DNA from: Octopus vulgaris
Taxonomy: Eukaryota
Direction of reading: 5' to 3'
Assembly: GCA_951406725.2 (NCBI GenBank)
Contig: OX597816.1
Span: forward strand, 162,502,001 to 162,566,000
Length of the DNA: 64,000 bases
Made by a program: the position numbers and the translations under genes
The notes under the pieces: generated by a model
Told to the model about the DNA's origin: nothing
Seen by the model: only the letters and a program-made list of their open reading frames with translations
Database searches by the model: none
Part shown: one piece after another, positions 54,765-64,000 of the stretch
Position numbering within the stretch: the first letter of the stretch is position 1
Layout: every line of letters starts with the position of its first letter

Positions 54765-55078
54765 GTCAACTTTTCCCTTTGAAATGAGCAATGTGAAGCG
54801 AGGTGCTTTGCTCAAGAACACAACACGTATTTCTTTGTGCGTTTGTTTGTCCCCCCACCATCGCTTGAGAACCGGTTTCAGTTTGCTTATGTCCCTATGA
54901 CCTAGCGGTTTGACAAATAGGGACCGACAGAATAAATACCAGACTGTACAAAAAAGAAAAAAGAACCAAAAAAATGGGAAATAAATAAGTACTGGCGTAG
55001 ATTTGTTCCGCTAAACCACTCAAGGCGATGTCCCAGCATGGCTGCAGTCCAGAGACTGAAACACGTAAGAGATAAAAT
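54765..55078 (+). mobile_element. Diverged SINE with family A-type tail
   Basis: cttgagaaccgg..tagcggtt..cccagcatggctgcagtccagagactgaaac. Confidence 0.65.
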
Positions 55079-55787
55079 ATTATACATACTGTCGATGTAT
55101 AATGTGCATAGAATGATGTGTGTAGAATGATGTGCATATGTGAATAATGATTAGAATACTTATAACAAATGAAAATTTGAATAAGAGAATGTCAGGAATC
55201 TAATCCAAATAGCAGAATATATGCGTGGTGGAAATCACAGAAAAATCGATCAAATGAAATAAATTTCTGTATTGAACTGCTGGAACAGGAATCGATCTTC
55301 GATACTAAAATTGTATTTTCGAAAGGAAAGAAGAGAAAACTTGCGAATGAAAATGTTGGAAAGTAATTATATTAAACAATGGGAATTACTAATTATTTTA
55401 TAAACACCTTTGATTTTAATTTATATGGTATTGTTTTATTTTTTCATCATCGTTAAATAGATTAGCATTAATTTGACATTTGCAGTTACGCCTCCCTTAA
55501 GCAAGTTCCTTGTCCTTCAGGGGCGTGAACTTCACGATACCTTAACGAATGTATATTCGTACAAGAGTTGTTTCATCGATTTTGTATGACTTATTGTTCA
55601 AAGATTTCGTATTCTCATCAGGGATTACAGTTCGCTGACCTAGTTCGTGCAGTCGGAATGTAAACCCATTGGAAGATGGTTTGACATATGTAAATAATAA
55701 TAATAATAATGATAATAATAATAATAATAATAATAGAGCTTCGTATGTTTGTACCCCAGCATTCTTTCATGGATGTGCAGCTCTCTC

Positions 55788-55853
<66 letters not shown>

Positions 55854-55854
55854 T

Positions 55855-56060
55855 CTTTCTATTATAGGCATAAGGCCTCAAATTAATAGTGGTGGGTGTA
55901 GTCGATTACATCGATCTCAGTGATCTACGGGTAATTATTTCATCGACCTCGAAAGGAGGAAAGGCAAAGTCGACCTCGTCAAAATTTGAACTAAGGGTGT
56001 AAAGCCGAAATAAATGCCACCAAGCATTTTGTCTGGCATCCTAACGATTCAGCCAACTCT
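55855..56060 (-). mobile_element. Diverged SINE family B
   Basis: atcgacctcgaaaggaggaaaggcaaagtcgacc is the reverse complement of the family B core. Confidence 0.75.
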
Positions 56061-57326
56061 CCTCTCTAATAATAATATGAAGAAGATAAAGACGAAAAAG
56101 AAGAAGCGGAGGGGAATAATAAGAAGAAGAATTATAAAGATGATGATGATGATGATGATGATTTTTTTACTTGCTATCAAGACCCCTTCATAGATATAGG
56201 GAGTAATTACAAAACGGTGCTCTGTGTGCCCCAGACCATATATCATTTCACAACATCTTCGTTCACCCACAGTCAGTAAACAGGTTTACAACGAGCAGTA
56301 TTTCTGCTAACAACCTTAAGTGTTATCCTTATAAAAATTCCTTCCTATGTTGTCCGATACAAGTCTTTATGAAGATATATACTGCATTACTTTCACTCTA
56401 CTTCTGAGTGTAGCCACAACCTTAAAGCCTTAACCGACAGCACAACATGCTTCGGTTTGTTCTGTTGGCAACACACACTCATGCATAGATCAAATCCTTC
56501 TTCAACTTGTACATTGAAGACCCTATAAAACCACTGTCCTTTTACAAGGAAGCAATATATCACTTTTGTTCTGTTCCACTTTTGAACAAATTCATCGAAC
56601 GAAGCCATACCACAGCTTTTTGGTATCTAGTACTACTAACATTTTTGAGGGGCAGGATATTTTTGTCCCTGTCAAAACTTCTTTATTCGGAGCCACGTTT
56701 CTAAAGGTGCTTTCATTTACAAAAATCCTTGTTCAGCACGATGTCTATAGTGTGTGAATTCTATTGTTTTTATTGCGATCATTAAACGAGTTTCTGAAAC
56801 CGTTTTTTCAGTGTTATTATCAATAGAAGAGTTATTTTATTTTATTTTGAACAACATCCAGAAAAGCACCCCCTTCAATATATATTTTCCTTATTACTAT
56901 CTGCAGAAACATGCATGTTTGCGATCGAGACAATGGAGAATTTCTCGCTCGAAGAAAACATTATTTTTTAGATTTTCAAACGAATGGAATATTTTCTTCT
57001 CAAAATAACGATCTTCTTCCCTTACTTAAACAGGGAGAAATGGTGGAAATAATTAAATACCTTTCTTATGTGCGTTCCTTATGAAATGAAACCTTTTTTT
57101 ATGTTTTAAATCCCCTTCAGTAAATCCCTTTCCATTGGAACACAAGATAACACGTCTTGAAAAAGGGAATGCCAAACACAGATAATTTCTTTTATTTCCC
57201 ACATACGTACACCGTGGCGACGAATACAGACATGTTATTATTGGGGGCTATCCATTCTTCCGGATAATGAATACTATAACCTATAATTTTTGTTATCAAT
57301 ACAAGCCTGGTAAAAAAAAAAGAAAT

Positions 57327-57457
57327 GTTGGCATCTTGGGCAAATGTCTTCTACTATAGCAAAGGGCCGACCAAAGCATTGTGAGTAGATTTGGTAAACG
57401 GAAACTGAAAGAAGCCCGTCGTATATATATATATATATGTGTATATATATATATATT

Positions 57458-57489
<32 letters not shown>

Positions 57490-57705
57490 TGTATATGTAT
57501 ATACATACATATATATATACATATGTGTGTGTATGTGTTGTGTGTCTTTGTCTTTGTATGTGTGCCCCCATGATCGCTTGGCGACTGATGCTGATGTATT
57601 TACGACCCCGCAAAACAAACCAACAAAACATGTACCGAGTTTTAAACTACTAAGAAATCTCCAGCATGGCTACAGTCAAATGATTGAAACAAGTAAAAGA
57701 TAAAA
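57327..57705 (+). mobile_element. SINE family A (5' truncated)
   Basis: ggcatcttgggcaaatgtcttctactatagc..ccagcatggctacagtcaaatgattgaaac. Confidence 0.8.
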
Positions 57706-57852
57706 ATTAACAAACTTCCGACCTTTTCTGCTAAATTTCATGAATGTCTTACATACTTTGTCTGTGCCTTTCATATCTCGTGTTTGTAATCTTTAAATTA
57801 GGCGTGTTGTTTCTGGAACGTATACACGTGTAAATACATGCGTGTATGTATA

Positions 57853-58641
57853 CGTGGTCTGATCAATAGGTATATGGACTGTTGACATAGTAACAAATCT
57901 AAAGTACGCAAAGTGAAGCCACTCGGCAAAGATTGACCTTCAACTCACTTCCGCTATTTACAGCAGTGCATGGAAGGAACGTGTGTAGCGTGTGATCGTT
58001 GCATTGACCATAACAGAAATTTGAGCAGAGAATTTGCATTAAATTTTGCTAAAAGCTTGGTAATACCTGCTCAGAAGCCTACGCAAAGTTTTCAAAATGT
58101 TTTCATCGTTCTCGACAGAATCAAGGCAGACACACGTCTGATACCCAAATCTTCAGTGATAATGGACTAAACTGAACCGTAACTCATCTACACTTCCTCT
58201 GATAACTTACGGATAGTGATTCAACGATTTCCCCTCACAGGTGCATGCACATCTACGATGCTTTTCTCAGTTCTGCTGGTTGCGGGTATCCCGGAACGTT
58301 CGTCAATATCAACATTTTTTCAGTCACTTTGGAAACGCTTGAACTACTCGTACACTTGTGTCTGGCTGATACACTTCTCCCCGTAAACTTTCTATAACTT
58401 TGCGTTGGACTCTGAGCAGGTATCGCCATGACAATTTTTTCTGTCATGGTCAATGTGGCGATCACACGCTACACACGTTCCTTCCAAGCACATCTATGAA
58501 CAATGGAAGTGGGCTAGAACGTTAAAACTTTGTGCGCATACACAGCAGAGTATAGGGTCAATCTATGCCAAGCGGCTATACTCTGCGTGCTTTAACTTCG
58601 TTACTATGGCAACAGTCCGGATAGTTATTGATCAGACCTCA
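57853..58641. mobile_element. Mariner-derived fold-back MITE made of two 5' ends
   Basis: TIR cgtggtctgatcaata / tattgatcagacctca with TA; inverted homology extends ~280 bp and includes the transposase start EQRICIKFC.KLG. Confidence 0.8.
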
Positions 58642-59034
58642 TATATATATATATACGTGTGTATATCTGAAAATGGCTGGTAGAGCAACAAGAGATAGCA
58701 GGAAAAAGAAGGTTTAGTTGCTTCAAGGGATGATGTTAGGAAAATTATTGCTCGGGATTTCAATATCGTCTGGTTCGATCTGGTCTTTCTTCTCTCTTGG
58801 GGAAATGAATTAAGTTTCACTAATACAATCACTGCGATTCAATTAAATGTTTTCTGCTTTCAAGCAAACACAAAAATGCGCTCATACACACACCCATATG
58901 TGCGTGCATATAGCATGTATATGTGTATGCATATGCATGCATGTATATGCTTATACATACATATATATGTATATATATATGCATACACATAAATACATGT
59001 GTGTGTATGATTATATATATATGTATACATATAT

Positions 59035-59079
<45 letters not shown>

Positions 59080-59090
59080 TTTATACATAT

Positions 59091-59142
<52 letters not shown>

Positions 59143-59159
59143 CATATACGTATATGTAT

Positions 59160-59277
<118 letters not shown>

Positions 59278-59409
59278 ATGCACACACACACATATATAAA
59301 ATATCTACGTATGTATGTATGTTTATTATATATATATATATACATACATACATACATACATACAAAGAGTGAAGTGAGACAGACAATCAGACAGACAGAG
59401 AGAAAGCGC

Positions 59410-59450
<41 letters not shown>

Positions 59451-59757
59451 TGAGAGGAAGATACACATTGTAATTGTCTTTACCTCGTTGTGTGTGCATA
59501 TGTATAATGCATACATGTTATGTGTTTGAGCCTGTTTATGTGAATGTATATGTACGTATGTTTACATGAATGCGTGTATGAACGTTTGTATGTATGTATG
59601 TATGCTTGCATCTTTGTATGTGTGTATGTACGCCTGTATGTATGTCTGCATGTATGTATGCATATATGTATGTAGCAATAAGCTTTACCCCGTAAGGAAT
59701 GTGTTGGTGCTCGATTGTGTGTTTGTCCATGCTTAAGTACGTGCTTATGTATGTATG

Positions 59758-59791
<34 letters not shown>

Positions 59792-60986
59792 TGTATGTAT
59801 GTATGTATGCATGCATGCATGCATGTATGTATGTGTGGGTAGAGCGATGTATGAATGGATGTATGGATGGATGGTTGAATGGATGCGTGTGTATATGCAT
59901 GTGTCTTAATAGAGCAAGCATTAAGCTCTTAACGTTATTAAGATAACGCCCCAGAACGAAACGGATTTGAATTTCGAATTTGCCGTTTGACGTTTTACGA
60001 TTATTTCCATGGAAAAATATAATGTCCGCATTTAGCTGAAGATGTTTCTAGATTAAATCATGTACATTTGACCTTTCGTCTGATGGATTGCAAATGGCGG
60101 ATTAAGGTTCGTCTAGTATTTAGGAACTACGACTATCTAATCTACATCAGATTAGTATAGCAGTAAATGAACGCTACGCTCTTCAGCGTTCGAGTAGTTT
60201 AGTCGTCGATCGATTGTTGTCGTATGTATTGTTATTATTGTTATTATCGTTGTTGTTGTTTTGCCATCGTCATCGTCATCGCCGTTCATGTTGACGATGT
60301 TGTAGTGGTTCATACTTTGCTTCTTTCTTTTAGCAATGTCGTTCGTTTTAAGGCATCGTCTGCCTCTGTCATTACTGTTGTTGCGGCTGGGGGTTGCTTA
60401 TTCTTACCGTTGTCGGCTGCTTAAAATATCGCTTCTCTAGAGGACAATAATATCATCATATTCTCTTTGCGAAAACGACCTTTCTCTTTAGAGTTTTTTT
60501 TTTTTTTTTTCAAGAACATTCCGTTATCGTTTCCTTCGAAAATTGGTCAGTGTAATGGGGGAAGGCGGAGAGAAAGATTTGTTTCCCCAAAATCTACGTC
60601 TTCTTCATCCGTCTACTCATACCGCTCCTCTTCTACTTCACCTTCCTTTCAAGTACCTCAGAAACCTTATACGTATTTTGTATCTGCCTGTCTATAAACT
60701 GACGTATCTATCTATTGAAAAATCGATGTATCTGAGTATCTACACGCGCAGCTAGCTATTTCTTTACAGTCATGCACAGGCATGAACACATCCACACACA
60801 CATACATATGGGTATATATATATATACACACACACACACATATATACACATATACGTAGAGAGAAAGAGAGTGGGAAAGAGAGAAATACGTGTGTATATT
60901 TACACACACACACACACACATATATGATTGATTGATTGATTCTAGTTTCAGCTTATGAGCTGTGGCCATGCTGGGGCACCGCCATT

Positions 60987-61017
<31 letters not shown>

Positions 61018-61081
61018 GTGTGTGTATATGAAGATATCTATCTATGTGTGGATCTCTCTCCATTTGTATCATTTATCTATC

Positions 61082-61128
<47 letters not shown>

Positions 61129-61638
61129 ATGGGTAGTATATTCTCCGTCTGTTTCGACGCTGAATATTCACTGTTTTAAGTTACCGAATTATTTGCAACG
61201 AAATTGAACTCTTAGCACCTACCCTTAGCACAATTCTTAGTGTAACTCATCGTGACACAATATAAAAAACGGAGACCTTTTTGATAGAAGATAAACATAG
61301 AATGTGAGAGAGAAACAGAGAAGGCCTTTGTGCAGGTATTTTATTTACTGGCCCATATAGAATGAAAGTCAGAGATGACATCGGCAAGATTTGATATTTA
61401 AAATGGAATGAAAATCATAAAGTATTGAAAATGAACCTCAAACGATTCTGCCATTTGGCCGCATTTCTCTATGTATGCATATATGTATATATGTATGTAT
61501 GTATGTATGTATGCATGTATAAAATACAGACAAGTGCTTGCGCGCGCATACACACAAGTATATATATACACTACCTATTTCTTTATGCATCTCTCTCTAG
61601 GTATATATACATACCTACCTACCTACCTATATATATAT

Positions 61639-61686
<48 letters not shown>

Positions 61687-61862
61687 AAAAAATATACACA
61701 CACACATATACATATATATATACATGTATATATATATATATATACATGTATATATATATATATATATATATTCACACACACACACACACAGATATACATA
61801 TAATTCAATATCTACATACACCTGTACTCATTTGCACACACACGCAGATGAATGTATATATG

Positions 61863-61901
<39 letters not shown>

Positions 61902-62042
61902 ACATACGCGCGCGCGCACACACACACACTGACACTCGGTCAACTCCGTAAACGTATCTCTGCTGTTTCTCTGTCAGCCTCTCTGTCAGTCTGTCTTTCT
62001 GTTTGCCTGCGTGTCCGATTGACTGTCTGTCAGTCTATTCAC

Positions 62043-62087
<45 letters not shown>

Positions 62088-62496
62088 TCTCCCTCTCTCT
62101 CTCTATCTCTCTCTCCCTCGATTTCTCTTTCTCTCTCTCGCTCTGTTTTCCTAAGTACTTTTCAACTACGTTCTACTTACAATTTTGCAGTCCGTCTTCC
62201 TAAAATACCATCGGTTATCGAGAAGGTCTCTGAGTCTGAAGAACACGATTACAAGTACAAGACTATTTTGGTAATGGTGGGGGGTGGAGGAAGACTTATC
62301 GTACTTGATTAATTCCGATTCCACTTGATATTATACGGATATTTGGTCTCGGAAACATCAACCGTCGAACAAAATACGCAAATCCTCAGGTGTCTGTTGT
62401 CCACACGCACTGCTCTGCTCCGCTTCGCTTCTATCCTGTCCTCTCCACCAACACTGACGATACTGCGACCTCAATATATACCAATATATACGGAAT

Positions 62497-62616
62497 GCGG
62501 TGCTCCAGCATGGCCGCAGTCAAATGACTTAAACACGTAAAAGCGTACATGTATATATATATATATAGGCGGTGCTCCAGTATGGCCGCAGTCAAATGAC
62601 TTAAACACGTAAAAGC

Positions 62617-62664
<48 letters not shown>

Positions 62665-62880
62665 GCTTTTATGAGTTTAAGTCATTTGACTGCGGCCATG
62701 CTGGAGCACCGCCTTTAGTCGAGCAAATCGACCCCAGAGCTTGTTCTTTGTATGGCTAATACTTACTCTATCGTTCTGTTTTGCCGAACTGCTAAGTAAC
62801 GGGAACGTTAATACACCAGCATAGGTTGTCAAGTGATGTTGTGGTGGGGGGCACTCAAACACATACACATACATAACATA
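62497..62880. repeat. SINE A 3' half (minus) with two inverted copies of its tail across (TA)n
   Basis: All three share the diagnostic gacttaaac..aaaagcgta variant. Confidence 0.8.
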
Positions 62881-62904
62881 AATATACATATATATATACA
62901 TATA

Positions 62905-63006
<102 letters not shown>

Positions 63007-63179
63007 CATATACGACGCTTCTTCCAGACAGACATATTTATATATATATATTAATATATATATATATTTATACATATAGGTATGTGGTTAAGAAGCGAGC
63101 TCTACAATCGAGTGGTTTCGGGTTCAACTCCACGGCGCGTCAAATATAGCGCCGTGCCGACCGTTGTATATATATATAT

Positions 63180-63228
<49 letters not shown>

Positions 63229-63716
63229 GTTTCGACCAAAGATTGCTCCAGGTCATGTCTAATTTAATAGCACCATCTGATAAGATTATTTAAGTCAAAT
63301 TTTGTTGTATCATGGTCCATTCGAGTAGGCAGTTCTTGTTGAGTGAGTTGTATCCAGGTATAGGTGGCTTATCTGGTATTCCTTGAAGAAATTTGTCCAG
63401 ATTCCGTTTAAAGGTGATGGGATCCTTTTCCTTTTTGATCTGTTTCGGGGAAATGTTAAACGGAGCAGGACCTGTTGGGGAAGAGAAATTGTGTTGCTGT
63501 GGGTTTATGTGTTGTGATCCTGAATTGGGTAGGAGGCGTGTGGACCGTGGTCCTAGCCTTGGAGGAATTTTGAAAATAATGCTGAGGTCATTTGAGCAAT
63601 GCTGGTGGCATATTCTCCACATCGAGCAATTGATGCATCGCTCACGATGGCGCTGGAGAGAATAGAGTTTCAATGCTTTAAGGTGGTCCCAATAATCAAG
63701 ATCAGTCATGCCCTTA
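63229..63716 (-). mobile_element. CR1/L2-group LINE 3' fragment (family distinct from 24603)
   Basis: LDYWDHLKALKLYSLQRHRER..GPAPFNI.PK..FKRNLDKFL..IPDKP. Confidence 0.85.
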
Positions 63717-63897
63717 ATTCATTTTGGGGTTAATTTGATAGGTAAGATTGTGGGCCCAATCGGATGCGCAAGGAGCCATGTTAGCGTTCTGTGGGTTTGA
63801 TTTTGGCCTGGGTTAGCTCATTATTTTTCAGTCAATTATTTAGATAAATGTCGCTTTAAATCAGAGTATATATAATATATGATATATTATCATATAG

Positions 63898-63956
<59 letters not shown>

Positions 63957-64000
63957 TATCTCTCAATTTATATGTTTATATCTATCTATCTATCTATCTA

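Noticed and set aside
55560-55625. Minus-strand CTGATGA..GAAA
   Set aside because: Stems I and II do not pair
56280-57010. Possible decayed LINE C-terminal fragment
   Set aside because: Too degenerate to assign by eye

Overview
AT-rich eukaryotic non-genic DNA, very dense in microsatellites. The SINE and LINE families look like those of an octopod cephalopod; this is inferred from repeat content only. No host protein-coding exon can be supported, and almost all listed ORFs are translations of simple repeats. The largest feature is a young, nearly intact Penelope-like retroelement (PLE, ~25858-31510). It has an upstream coiled-coil ORF, an RT + GIY-YIG ORF overlapping it at a T TTT TTA site, a ~1.4 kb inverted copy of its own 3' end, and a variant hammerhead ribozyme in each arm. 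Across the window, about a dozen short islands, mostly between (TA)n tracts, carry minimal type I hammerhead motifs from unrelated sequence families. These show covarying cores (C3-G8, U3-A8, G3-C8) and mostly palindromic stem III; several are fold-backs and one sits behind a tRNA-type SINE head. Other content: a second decayed PLE; CR1/L2-like, RTE and R4/Dong-like LINE fragments; several tRNA-derived SINE families; Tc1/mariner derivatives; non-autonomous Helitrons. Coordinates were counted by eye and may be off by a few bases.
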